DNA from: Vitreimonas sp.
GTDB taxonomy: Bacteria; Patescibacteriota; Microgenomatia; UBA1400; PJMF01
Assembly: GCA_035627515.1 (NCBI GenBank)
Contig: DASPLQ010000012.1
Location: 1,199,705 to 1,263,704 of the forward strand
Length of the DNA stretch: 64,000 nucleotides
Direction: 5' to 3'
Both the position numbers and the translations under genes were made by a program. Within the stretch, counting starts at the first letter, position 1. The number at the start of each line of letters is the position of its first letter. The notes beneath the pieces are model-generated. The model was not told the origin of the DNA. It worked only from the letters and a program-made list of their open reading frames with translations, and did not search any database. Positions 48,993 to 58,197 of the stretch are shown piece by piece.

Positions 48993-49382
48993 ATGCACAC
49001 AGATATTCAAGCCTACCACAACACACTTACTGATGAAGATAAAGCTATATGTGAATTATTAGCTAAAACCATTAATGCCAGTCTTCCCGAAGCAGAGAGT
49101 AAAATGTGGCACGCTCGTCCTGTTTGGTTTTTGGAGGGTAATCCGGTTGTAGGCTATGCCAAACTGAAGCATAACATCCAGTTATTGTTTTGGAGTGGTC
49201 AATCTTTTAATGAACCCAACTTACAAACTGAAGGTACCTTCAAAGCCGCTCAAGCTCGCTACACTTCTATTGATCAAATAAACGTCGATGATTTAAAACG
49301 ATGGTTGGAAAAAGCTAGAGATATTCAATGGGACTATAAAAATATCGTCAAACGCAAAGGTGAGTTAATTAGGCTAAAATAA
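48993..49382 (+). CDS. DUF1801 (YdhG-like) domain protein
   Basis: 129 aa. Confidence 0.55.
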   Translation: MHTDIQAYHNTLTDEDKAICELLAKTINASLPEAESKMWHARPVWFLEGNPVVGYAKLKHNIQLLFWSGQSFNEPNLQTEGTFKAAQARYTSIDQINVDDLKRWLEKARDIQWDYKNIVKRKGELIRLK

Positions 49383-49400
49383 TTTTTATTTTCGGAGGCT

Positions 49401-50081
49401 TTACAGCACCTTAAATAACAGGCCTAAGTAAATGTAGGGGAGTTGTAAGTACATCACTACTAACAGCAGCCAATCTGGCCACATCCAAGTGTTATTGAGA
49501 GCAATCCACTTCATTTCTTTTGAAGGCTCTTCTGGTATTAACAAGCTGTTCTCGGAAATGTGCCAACTTTCAGCTCTGCTGGCCTTCTGAATATACAACG
49601 CTTTTTGACCATTTCCTTTATCATAAATACTCACAAACGATTCATACTCAAACGGGTATTTCTGACCCACCAGCGAACTATAGTCAGTAACTTGCTCACT
49701 ACTCAACTTTAACTCACCAAAAATATACTCAGCATCCTGGCTAGAAAAATGACACTTATTTGAGTCCTTAATTTCTGCCACAGGCGCTTTGGTAAAAACT
49801 GCACAACCATTAGATATTAAGTCTTGTTTACCATCACCATCGACATCATTGAATAAATATTGAGGATCAGGGTTAAAAGGACCCGCAAAAGAGTGGATGG
49901 GTACTCTTTTTTGCTGAAAAATAAGCCAATTGTCAGCTAGGGGCTCACCAAACACATACCAGTTACCACCCAAATAAAAGAGGGTAATAAATAATCCCAA
50001 AGCTAAGTAAATACCCCATAAAGAAAAGATAATCTTCACGAATTTATTTTCTAGCTTTTTAGTGGCCATGATGGAGCTCAT
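49401..50081 (-). CDS. membrane-anchored hypothetical protein with FG-GAP/VCBS-like DVDGDGKQD motif
   Basis: 226 aa. N- and C-terminal hydrophobic segments. Calcium-binding-like loop NDVDGDGKQDLI. Confidence 0.4.
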   Translation of the reverse strand: MSSIMATKKLENKFVKIIFSLWGIYLALGLFITLFYLGGNWYVFGEPLADNWLIFQQKRVPIHSFAGPFNPDPQYLFNDVDGDGKQDLISNGCAVFTKAPVAEIKDSNKCHFSSQDAEYIFGELKLSSEQVTDYSSLVGQKYPFEYESFVSIYDKGNGQKALYIQKASRAESWHISENSLLIPEEPSKEMKWIALNNTWMWPDWLLLVVMYLQLPYIYLGLLFKVL

Positions 50082-50096
50082 TATATCTAAGTATGG

Positions 50097-50351
50097 TTGT
50101 ATAATCCAATTACTATGAAAACCTCCTCACCGTTCCAGTTTTCTCCCCAAGAAATTGAAGATATCAAGGACGCACTCAAAACATATTTCTCTGATGAATT
50201 AGACACTGAGATCAGCAACATGCAAGCTGATCTATTTATCGAATTTTTAAACACCAAAATTGGAAAATATTACTACAATGTTGGGATTGTGAATGCGATT
50301 AAAGAAATGAAACAAAAAACTGATGATTTAGTGTTACTGATTAAAGAGTAG
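50097..50351 (+). CDS. DUF2164-like small protein
   Basis: 84 aa. Confidence 0.45.
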   Translation: MYNPITMKTSSPFQFSPQEIEDIKDALKTYFSDELDTEISNMQADLFIEFLNTKIGKYYYNVGIVNAIKEMKQKTDDLVLLIKE

Positions 50352-50360
50352 AATTAAATC

Positions 50361-50948
50361 ATGACCAACACTCATCCTCTTGCCTCCACCCGACGTCGAA
50401 TGTTTGCAGCCGTGATTGACGTAGTGATTGTGATGTTTTTCTCCCTTCTCTTTTGTATTCCTTTTGGCGGCAGCTTTTCCATGAATGTTGGTTATAGTTT
50501 AGGCGTTTGGGAATTTTCTTATTACAATGGCCATATCTTCCTCCTCACCTTTTTAGGCTATTTTATGATGAGTGATGTCATGGATGGCCGCAGTATTGGC
50601 AAGAAGTTATTAGGTTTAGACATTGTCAGTACCATCAAAGCTAAGCTTGATCGTAATCGCTTAATCATGCGCACCCTGGTGAAGCTCGGTGATTTCTTTT
50701 TCTTAGGTGTGCCATTGATTCTCTTAACTGGTAAAAGTATGGGGGACATGGCGTCCAAAACCCAAGTGGTTTATACCAAAGGCACCAAGCCCTCAACTAT
50801 AAAAGGGTGGAAAGCCACCCTCAAAAAGGGGCTTGGCCTTCTCTTTTTAGCGGTCGCCGTTTGGCTATGGTATGGAATTGTCATTCATATTCCTCAAATT
50901 TGGTCACTGTCACGTGCCGCCCAGAATACTTGGCAAGAGATGAACTAA
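50361..50948 (+). CDS. RDD family membrane protein
   Basis: 195 aa. Arg-Asp-Asp context (RRRMFAAVIDVVIV ... DGRSIGKKLLGLDIV) with 3 TM segments. Confidence 0.55.
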   Translation: MTNTHPLASTRRRMFAAVIDVVIVMFFSLLFCIPFGGSFSMNVGYSLGVWEFSYYNGHIFLLTFLGYFMMSDVMDGRSIGKKLLGLDIVSTIKAKLDRNRLIMRTLVKLGDFFFLGVPLILLTGKSMGDMASKTQVVYTKGTKPSTIKGWKATLKKGLGLLFLAVAVWLWYGIVIHIPQIWSLSRAAQNTWQEMN

Positions 50949-50951
50949 GCT

Positions 50952-51227
50952 ATGGCCACCAATGATTATCATCAGCTCTATTCTAAAGCGGACCCTTTGC
51001 TCCAAAATGACGTTACCGAAGCGGAGTTTGGGGAAATCTTAAACCAACTCAAAGAGCAGGCAAAAATTTCAAATCAGCAGGCTGCTGCGCCATATGAAGC
51101 TCGCTCGTGGATATTTACTAGGACCTTGGGTGAAACTCGTGGGGTAGCAAATCACACGTTTCCTTTTTCACTTACCTTTACTCGTCATGATGGCGAGTGG
51201 CGCTTTGCCGGCTTTCGGTCACCGTAG
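50952..51227 (+). CDS. hypothetical small protein
   Basis: 91 aa ORF in apparent operon with the RDD gene. Confidence 0.35.
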   Translation: MATNDYHQLYSKADPLLQNDVTEAEFGEILNQLKEQAKISNQQAAAPYEARSWIFTRTLGETRGVANHTFPFSLTFTRHDGEWRFAGFRSP

Positions 51228-51239
51228 TCAGATTACCAC

Positions 51240-51668
51240 ATGACCATCTACAATCCCAACCATCAAGAAGAAAAAGCTTTTTTTCGGATTGGTCAAAAAG
51301 CCATTATCTTAAATGAATATGGTGAGATGTTATTGTTGCTGCGGTCACAAAAAAGTGGCAATGGTGGCCAGTGGTCACTTGCTGGAGGTGGATTAGAAGC
51401 TAACGAAGATCCTTACCAAGGCTTAGAGCGGGAAATCAGAGAAGAAACCCAACTAGCAGTCACTCATATTAAGCCTTTCACCTTATTTTCGTATCAGAGT
51501 GATAAAGGTGAATCAATTGTGATCATTGGCTATAGTTGTATGGTCAAAAAAGGTGAAGTCATTTTAAATTGGGAACATGATCAATTTAAATGGGTGAAGA
51601 GGGTAGAGGCATTCACAATGAAACTAGGATCACACGCTCGCTTTTTGATTGAACGATTTGAGTCCTGA
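51240..51668 (+). CDS. Nudix hydrolase
   Basis: 142 aa. Nudix box GGGLEANEDPYQGLEREIREETQL. Confidence 0.7.
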   Translation: MTIYNPNHQEEKAFFRIGQKAIILNEYGEMLLLLRSQKSGNGGQWSLAGGGLEANEDPYQGLEREIREETQLAVTHIKPFTLFSYQSDKGESIVIIGYSCMVKKGEVILNWEHDQFKWVKRVEAFTMKLGSHARFLIERFES

Positions 51669-51670
51669 CT

Positions 51671-52171
51671 CTAACTTTTCTTCCCCAAGTGCTTTTTCTT
51701 AAGCAGTTGGTATTCAGGATCATTTTTAGCTAATAAATACTTTTCATAAAACATACTTGCTGAAACTGCTTTGTCATTTGTGGCCCAATCTTTGTTTTGG
51801 GGTAAAATTCTTTGTCTAGCTTTTCTTTGGTCTGTGGGTAGTTTTTCTTTTTGTGGGTTACTGACATATTTTCTGCCCGAAGTATGATTGGCATATCGTC
51901 TGGAGCGGGTATACCCCATCTGCAAAAATTTTCGTGCCATATCCATACCTACAAAATCCTGATGGCTCTTGTACTTTAAGAATAATTTATAAATTGCTAG
52001 TGAAGACTTTTCAGCAATTTCGGGCGTCTTAAACCGCCAATGAGGCAAGATCTCAGATTTATATGGCTCAACTAGTAACACTCCCTGCTCACCTTTGCCT
52101 ACCATATAGAGATCGGGCTGTTCACGAAAATTAATTTTTTTGAAATCTAAATCATAGTTAAATTTTGACAC
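51671..52171 (-). CDS. DUF4385-like protein
   Basis: 166 aa. INFREQPDLYMVGKGEQGVLLVEPYKSEILPHWRFKT ... FVGMDMARKFLQMGYTRSRRY. Confidence 0.5.
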   Translation of the reverse strand: MSKFNYDLDFKKINFREQPDLYMVGKGEQGVLLVEPYKSEILPHWRFKTPEIAEKSSLAIYKLFLKYKSHQDFVGMDMARKFLQMGYTRSRRYANHTSGRKYVSNPQKEKLPTDQRKARQRILPQNKDWATNDKAVSASMFYEKYLLAKNDPEYQLLKKKHLGKKS

Positions 52172-52255
52172 AGCACATTTTAATCATTGAATGACAAAAT
52201 GCTGTAAGAAATAGCCCAAAAATGCAGCAAAATGCTGCTGTTTTTTTGTATTTAA

Positions 52256-53698
52256 GTGCTCACCACGTATAATCAGCGAGTAATGGCTCATTTTCTTAAA
52301 CGCCTTACCATTCGTCTTAATCACTCTTTAGATGCTGCTTTTACCACTAAAGCTAAAAAAGTGGGCATAAGCAAATCCAAACTCTTGCGGCAGTGGCTAC
52401 AAGAAGACCTTTCCACTCTCCAGCTATTTTCCACAGTTCCAATGACTAAAACTGTCAGTTATTCGTGTGCTTTAAGCGATGATGATTTCACCCGTCTCTC
52501 TGAGATAGCAGATCGCTTTCATCTTTCTCATACTAAATTGATTCAAGTGCTGATTGAAAATAAAACCCAGGTTAAACCCCTGCCTTCTGCTGCCAGCTCG
52601 TCTCCCTTAAATGTATCGTTACTAAGTGAACTGCTTAACCAAGGACATCTCAGAGAGGTTACACAACTCTATACTGGCTATGTTGAAGGTTACTCAGTTG
52701 AATCATTATTTTCATTGCTAGAAGCCAATTTTGAGATGGGAAATGGAGAAGCATCACATCAATTGTTGAACCTGCTACACGAAAAAATTTCTCCTCACCA
52801 TCAGACACACTCATTATTATTGACAACATATAAAGCGTATTATTTGATGAGTTACTATCGTGATTTGAAAAAAAGCACTCAACTCCTTGACCAAGTTGAG
52901 CCATTTATTGCTCATATCCAAGATCGACAGTTTCTGGGTATTTATTACCGGATTAAAGGCCTACTCGCTTACTATAGTGACGATATCCTCAATGGCATTC
53001 AGTTTCTTGATCGCTCAATTGATTATTTAGATCCCATTTATTATCAGCGGCAATTTTTATACAGTGCGGTGGAGCTCCTCAAAATTTATACTGGGCAATG
53101 TAACTGGGAAATGGTGAAACTCTTTCATATCAAAATTCAATCTCTTCTCGATCGTCATCCAAATGTTTTTTTCACTTCATGGTTCAATCGCCATAAAACT
53201 CTCTATTATTTAAGTCAGCGTAATTATCAAACTGCCTTAGATCTCATTAATGAGTCAGTTCGGTGTGATCAAATTTCTGGTTCCAGATGGGCCTTATCCG
53301 TTACCTACCGGGAAAAAGCTAAAATTTTATTAGCACTGAATCGTAAAGCTGAAGCAATACAGTATTTTCAAAATTCAAGCTGGATCGATACTAGCTTTAG
53401 ACCTCATGTGCATTTTAGCCGTTCGAAATTATATTCCAATTTCATGAGTACTGAGTTGCAAAACGAAAGTGCTTTTAAGTGCTTAGAAAATTTAACAGTG
53501 TCTAACTCACAAAGTGTTGAACCTAGCTTAGGTAGTTACGTTTATTACACTGCTCAATTTTTACACGGGAACACTAAAAAAGAGCGCCTCACAGGTGAAC
53601 AGGGTTTAAAGTCATTAACAGCACATGGTGCGTATTCGCTCATCAAAACTGCTGCCAAAGAAACACTCACCAAACACCAGTTCGAAACCGCACTTTAA
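52256..53698 (+). CDS. tandem ribbon-helix-helix (CopG-like) domains fused to TPR-like helical domain; putative transcription regulator
   Basis: 480 aa. Two RHH-like units (RLTIRLNHSLDAAFTTKAKKVGISKSKLLRQWL; KTVSYSCALSDDDFTRLSEIADRFHLSHTKLIQVLI). -35/-10 TTGTAT-16-TATAAT upstream. Confidence 0.4.
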   Translation: MLTTYNQRVMAHFLKRLTIRLNHSLDAAFTTKAKKVGISKSKLLRQWLQEDLSTLQLFSTVPMTKTVSYSCALSDDDFTRLSEIADRFHLSHTKLIQVLIENKTQVKPLPSAASSSPLNVSLLSELLNQGHLREVTQLYTGYVEGYSVESLFSLLEANFEMGNGEASHQLLNLLHEKISPHHQTHSLLLTTYKAYYLMSYYRDLKKSTQLLDQVEPFIAHIQDRQFLGIYYRIKGLLAYYSDDILNGIQFLDRSIDYLDPIYYQRQFLYSAVELLKIYTGQCNWEMVKLFHIKIQSLLDRHPNVFFTSWFNRHKTLYYLSQRNYQTALDLINESVRCDQISGSRWALSVTYREKAKILLALNRKAEAIQYFQNSSWIDTSFRPHVHFSRSKLYSNFMSTELQNESAFKCLENLTVSNSQSVEPSLGSYVYYTAQFLHGNTKKERLTGEQGLKSLTAHGAYSLIKTAAKETLTKHQFETAL

Positions 53699-53847
53699 AT
53701 ACATACATCTGAATCAAATTTAGCCTGGTTTCATTCGCCCTATTGACACTTCTGAGTAATAACTCTTTAATTGAAGTATTACGTAAAGATCCTGCCCGAT
53801 CGCCGACCATTTTTGGTGACGTGGCAGAACCAGAAAAAGGGAGGCAT

Positions 53848-53991
53848 ATGCCTGCAGCTAAAAAGAAGAGCGCTGTTAAATCAGCCAAGAAAACTGTTAA
53901 GAAAGTAGTCAAAAAGGTAGTTAAAAAAGCTAAAACTGCCGTCAAAAAAGTGGCTAAAAAAACCACTAAAAAGACTGCTAAAAAGAAATAA
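53848..53991 (+). CDS. lysine-rich histone H1-like small basic protein
   Basis: 47 aa from ATG 53848 after RBS AAAGGGAGG: MPAAKKKSAVKSAKKTVKKVVKKVVKKAKTAVKKVAKKTTKKTAKKK. The track ORF from 53743 has no RBS. Confidence 0.5.
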   Translation: MPAAKKKSAVKSAKKTVKKVVKKVVKKAKTAVKKVAKKTTKKTAKKK

Positions 53992-54011
53992 TTTAACTTT
54001 TAGTTCGTCTT

Positions 54012-54042
54012 AAAAACGGTGTCATCTGACACCGTTTTTTTT
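54012..54042. terminator. bidirectional rho-independent terminator
   Basis: AAAAACGGTGTCATCTGACACCGTTTTTTTT between convergent genes. Confidence 0.8.
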
Positions 54043-54055
54043 ATACTTAGTCTAT

Positions 54056-54682
54056 TCATTCGGGAAGAATAATATCGTGAGTAGCATAATAAACCTCACC
54101 ATTATCAGTGGTCTGCTTATCTAGTTTTACAATATATGCTTCATCAATTTGCTGATTACGAGCCGCCGGCAAAAACATTTGTGAGGTAATAATTTCTCGC
54201 TGACCATCCCAGACTTTAAAATGAATATGCGGTGGGCGATAAGCGGTGCCTTGACCATATCCCAAGGGGATCACCGTTTCAAAGTAATAACTGCCATCAC
54301 TTTGAGTAGTAACCTGACCGCGGTACCATTCATCTTCATAGTTACCAGACTCATTGGCTTGCCAAATATCAATTACAACGCTGCCAGCTGGTACCTGACA
54401 ATCGCTTTTCAACACCTTACCACTGACAATGAGTTTTTGACCGGTATTTACCTCTGGAGCAATATTCGTTCTAAATGGTGAATTTGCTTGGTAATACGGG
54501 CCACCACCATCCACAAAGGTGGGTATACAGTTAGGATTAAGGCTGGGCGTTGGTAAAGCTGAATCAGTCGGGATGGGAGAAGAGGAAACAGTCAGATTTG
54601 TCTGCAAACGTCGGTTGTTTAGAGAGATCAGTATGCCACTAATTACCAGTAATGTGATCAGGGTGATGTGCTTGGCATTCAT
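54056..54682 (-). CDS. secreted intradiol-dioxygenase-fold protein
   Basis: 208 aa. Signal/TM anchor. RPPHIHFKV matches the intradiol ring-cleavage dioxygenase His motif. Confidence 0.4.
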   Translation of the reverse strand: MNAKHITLITLLVISGILISLNNRRLQTNLTVSSSPIPTDSALPTPSLNPNCIPTFVDGGGPYYQANSPFRTNIAPEVNTGQKLIVSGKVLKSDCQVPAGSVVIDIWQANESGNYEDEWYRGQVTTQSDGSYYFETVIPLGYGQGTAYRPPHIHFKVWDGQREIITSQMFLPAARNQQIDEAYIVKLDKQTTDNGEVYYATHDIILPE

Positions 54683-54705
54683 GCCCTTTATAATACACCA
54701 AAGCT

Positions 54706-55872
54706 ATGGTAAGAAAATCTCGAAAGTTATTGATGGGAATCACGATTGTGGCAGTGGTGGGTGTGATCATAGGCAGTTGGCTGGGCCTGCTCTATGCCTA
54801 CTATGGTCACCAAACCTTTTTCTTTTTAGTCAAAGCTCCTCCTCGAACGATTGTTGAGTACTCCAAAAACATAGTCAGTGCGCCCGTTAGTGCTCCTGAG
54901 CCTAACTCCACTCAAACAACTCCTGATACCACCGCACCACCTGTCCCAACCTCACATACCATTCCTACCATGAGTCATATGTACCAAAAACTTAATAATT
55001 GTGGTCCTAGTTCGGTAGCCATGGCAGCCAGTAGTTATGACATTACCTTTGATCAATTTGCCGCGGCAGAAGTGCTAAAAGGCAACGACAAAGACAAAAA
55101 CGTCTCACCAACTGAGCTAGTGGCTTTTCTGTCTACTCAACATTTATCGGCTATTCACCGTGTCAACGGCACCCCAGCCCAAATTGAAGCACTAGTAGCT
55201 CAGGGCATTCCTGTTATCGTCGAACAATGGTTGGAAAAAAGAGGCACCGGCGAGTTAGTGGGACATTATCGGGTCGTAAGAGGTTACAACCGTCAGCGCC
55301 AACTCTTTATCACTAATGATTCATTTAATGGCCCCAACTTCACCATTCCCTATGCCCAGTTTGAAGAATGGTGGCGACCATTTAACCGAACTTACATTCC
55401 CGTTTATCGACCTGACCAAGCAGAAACCGTGCGCACTATTTTAGGCTCTGATTGGGAAGTGGCAGCTAATTGGCAGCGGGCTAGCCAGCAAGCCCAACAA
55501 GATATTCAAAACCACAACGATGGCTATGCCTACTTTAATGCAGGCATTACTGCTGTGGCATTAGAAAAATATCCTGAAGCCGTAGCCGCCTTTAATAAAG
55601 CCCTCACTTTTAGTTTTCCGGAGCATTTTTTGTGGTATCAATTTGATTTATTCGAGGCCTACTTCCAAGTAGGGGAGTATGACAAAGTTTTGGAATTAAC
55701 AGACCACTTACTGAAAGAGGCGGGTGAGGTAGAAGAAGCTCGGTATTATCGCGGGCTGGTTTTTGAGCACCAAGGTGAGATTGAGAAAGCTAAAGCTGAA
55801 GCTCAAAAAGCAGTCACTGCCAATCCTCGTTACCAACCTGCCCAAGACTTACTTACGCGTTTGGCTTCCTAA
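54706..55872 (+). CDS. membrane-anchored C39-like peptidase domain protein with C-terminal TPR repeats
   Basis: 388 aa. N-terminal TM. Papain-like NNCGPSSVAMA (catalytic Cys context). TPR-like C-terminus. Confidence 0.4.
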   Translation: MVRKSRKLLMGITIVAVVGVIIGSWLGLLYAYYGHQTFFFLVKAPPRTIVEYSKNIVSAPVSAPEPNSTQTTPDTTAPPVPTSHTIPTMSHMYQKLNNCGPSSVAMAASSYDITFDQFAAAEVLKGNDKDKNVSPTELVAFLSTQHLSAIHRVNGTPAQIEALVAQGIPVIVEQWLEKRGTGELVGHYRVVRGYNRQRQLFITNDSFNGPNFTIPYAQFEEWWRPFNRTYIPVYRPDQAETVRTILGSDWEVAANWQRASQQAQQDIQNHNDGYAYFNAGITAVALEKYPEAVAAFNKALTFSFPEHFLWYQFDLFEAYFQVGEYDKVLELTDHLLKEAGEVEEARYYRGLVFEHQGEIEKAKAEAQKAVTANPRYQPAQDLLTRLAS

Positions 55873-57217
55873 GCAACTGCCACAAAGAAATTCCTAGAAG
55901 AAGATCTTGCACGATAAAACCGGTTGAAAACGCTACGGGTAAAGCAAATAAACCTAATGTCGGTAATAACCACGTACTCACACCTAAACTAACCATGATC
56001 GCCACCACATGAATTGCCGACGGACGCAAGGTATTTCGTAACGCATAATGCGCTCTAGCGAGTAAATGCATCATGCTCTCAAATGGAATAGAAATCGCAT
56101 ACACCGACAGCAGGGCAGCCGTGGTAGCTACAGCGTCGGCTGTAAATTTACCGCCACCTAATAACGTGTTTACCAGCGGATAACTGATCATAGCAACTGT
56201 CACAGCAGCGGCAGTGGTGATCACAAAAATCTTCACGGTGTCAAAAATAATGGTGGTCCGGAAGGCTGCAAGTTTCTTTTGGGCAGCTAAATGGCTCAAA
56301 TCTGCAAAGGCTGCCAGGGCAATGGCCACCCCAATTAAACTGACTGGGACGCTTTGAAAGTTATAGGCAAAATTGTACTGAGTGACACCACCCGCTCCGG
56401 TTTGGGTGGCCAAGTTCACAAACCACCACAACATCACTTGCCACATCCCAATTTGAATCATTTTTGGCAACATTAAACGGAATGTCTCGATCATTTCGGG
56501 ACTAAAACGCATCACAAATCGCGGTCGAAAACCATACTGCAACAACTCTGGCACACGAATCGCCATGTGCAGAGCCGCCCCCACAATCGTACCCATCACC
56601 AACCCTGCCACGCCGATATGAGGGTATAACATCACCACTCCTACAATAATGCCCAAGTTGTACATAACCGGCGCCAAGCCATACCATAAAAAGCCCTTCA
56701 AACTTAACAACGCATTCCCAAAGGTATTACTGACTGTAAACAAAAAAGGCGCCATCAACATCAATCGGGTGACCCAAATATATTGGGCTTGTTCAACCGG
56801 CGAAAAACCTTTGACCAACCAGGGAGTCAAAAGCGGGAGAAAAATCGCAAACAACACGCTAAAGACTCCCAAAAAACTTAGTGTCCAACTCAATACTTCA
56901 TTTATATAAAGAATAGCTTTATGACGATTTTTTTCATCGAAGCTCGTAAAAATGGGTACAAAGGCTGCTGAAAGAGCGCCACTCACAAAAACAGCAAATA
57001 AAAAATCCGGCACTACAAAAGCGGCATTATAAATATCTAAGTCAGGCGACGCCCCGATACTATACGCAAAAACTTTATCACGCGTTAAGCCTAACAAATA
57101 ACTTAGTGCTGAAGTACCGGTTAAAGTTAAGCTGGTATGGAAAAGCAGGTTGTACAAACCGCCTTCGGTATTAACACGATGGAGAAAGTTATTTTTTAAG
57201 TTAATAAGGGCAAACAT
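55853..57217 (-). CDS. murJ: lipid II flippase MurJ
   Basis: MviN/MurJ N-terminal signature (LSYLLGLTRDKVFAYSIGASPDLDIYNAAFVVPDFLFAVFVSGALSAAFVPIF) and 14-TM length. ATG at 57217 preferred over the GTG at 57271, which would overlap the upstream gene. Confidence 0.75.
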   Translation of the reverse strand: MFALINLKNNFLHRVNTEGGLYNLLFHTSLTLTGTSALSYLLGLTRDKVFAYSIGASPDLDIYNAAFVVPDFLFAVFVSGALSAAFVPIFTSFDEKNRHKAILYINEVLSWTLSFLGVFSVLFAIFLPLLTPWLVKGFSPVEQAQYIWVTRLMLMAPFLFTVSNTFGNALLSLKGFLWYGLAPVMYNLGIIVGVVMLYPHIGVAGLVMGTIVGAALHMAIRVPELLQYGFRPRFVMRFSPEMIETFRLMLPKMIQIGMWQVMLWWFVNLATQTGAGGVTQYNFAYNFQSVPVSLIGVAIALAAFADLSHLAAQKKLAAFRTTIIFDTVKIFVITTAAAVTVAMISYPLVNTLLGGGKFTADAVATTAALLSVYAISIPFESMMHLLARAHYALRNTLRPSAIHVVAIMVSLGVSTWLLPTLGLFALPVAFSTGFIVQDLLLGISLWQLLRKPNA

Positions 57218-57249
57218 ATTCCTATTGTAACCTACTGCAATAGGGATCC

Positions 57250-58197
57250 TTAAATCACCAACACTTCCCACCCGACAAATAAGACATATCCCAGTAATAA
57301 CAACGCACTTTCAGCGCGTGAAAGGGTATTTTTGGACCGGGCAAATACAAAAAACAACAATAAGCCAATTACTAAAAAACTTAACCGGTGGGCAACAAAG
57401 TTTGGCAAATAAATGGGCTGGCCATAGAAAAGTGTTAAGACACCCAAAATGAGTGTATTGGCACTGGCAGAACCCAAGTAATCAGCTAAAGCCAGTTCTT
57501 CTTGCTTATTAAAAATTGAGCGCGCTACCAAGGATAACTCAGGCAAGTTCGTACCAAGGGAAATCACAATTAAACTCACAAAAAAAGGCGATACTTGAAT
57601 ATACTCAGCAAAAAAAAGTGTTGAGGTCACAATTTGTTGGCTAGCTAACCATAGAATAGCTACGCCAGATCCAATTTTGAGTGCTTCTTTACCAAGACTT
57701 AGTTTTTGAGTTGTGACACTGGCAAGCATTTTTTCCCACCAGGGTCGTTTTTGCATCAAAAACAAAAACAATAAAAAATAAAGTAAGATCAATAAAACTG
57801 CCTCAGCGGCCTCAATTTGCTGATCAAAAGTGAGCAAAGAAGGGGCGAGAACCACTATTAACGTTAGCACAATCTGGTTTTGGGTCAAAAGTTTAGGAAT
57901 TTTGATCCCGGCATTGAGAAAGGCTAGCAAAGGAATGATCAATAAAAAGACTACAATCACCCCACCCAGTAGATTACCCACAAAGATCTCAGGATCTGCA
58001 CCCTGTAATGCGGAAACACCAATGCTGATTTCCGGCAAAGACGTCATCAAGCCCAACACAAAAAATGACAAAGTGAAAACTGGCAGTCGCCACAGTTTAG
58101 CAATCCTCAGCGCTGCTGAGATAACTATACCAGCGGCAAACCAGAGCCCTAAAAAGGACAGTCCATACAAAAATGCGTGCCAATATACTGCTGTCAT
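57250..58197 (-). CDS. Ca2+/cation antiporter (CaCA family, YrbG-like)
   Basis: 315 aa. Two alpha-repeat signatures (LMTSLPEISIGVSA; LGTNLPELSLVARS). Confidence 0.65.
   Translation of the reverse strand: MTAVYWHAFLYGLSFLGLWFAAGIVISAALRIAKLWRLPVFTLSFFVLGLMTSLPEISIGVSALQGADPEIFVGNLLGGVIVVFLLIIPLLAFLNAGIKIPKLLTQNQIVLTLIVVLAPSLLTFDQQIEAAEAVLLILLYFLLFLFLMQKRPWWEKMLASVTTQKLSLGKEALKIGSGVAILWLASQQIVTSTLFFAEYIQVSPFFVSLIVISLGTNLPELSLVARSIFNKQEELALADYLGSASANTLILGVLTLFYGQPIYLPNFVAHRLSFLVIGLLLFFVFARSKNTLSRAESALLLLGYVLFVGWEVLVI

Noticed and set aside
53667-53966. 99-aa minus-strand ORF (MVFLATFLTAVLAFLTTFLTTFL...) opposite the Lys-rich gene
   Set aside because: Mirror artefact. The AAA/AAG-rich sense strand gives a TTT/CTT (Phe/Leu) antisense frame. 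The sense gene has an RBS and this one does not.
57217-57271. Upstream GTG start for murJ at 57271
   Set aside because: It would overlap the CaCA gene by 22 nt and adds a non-conserved 18-aa leader. The internal ATG at 57217 is preferred.
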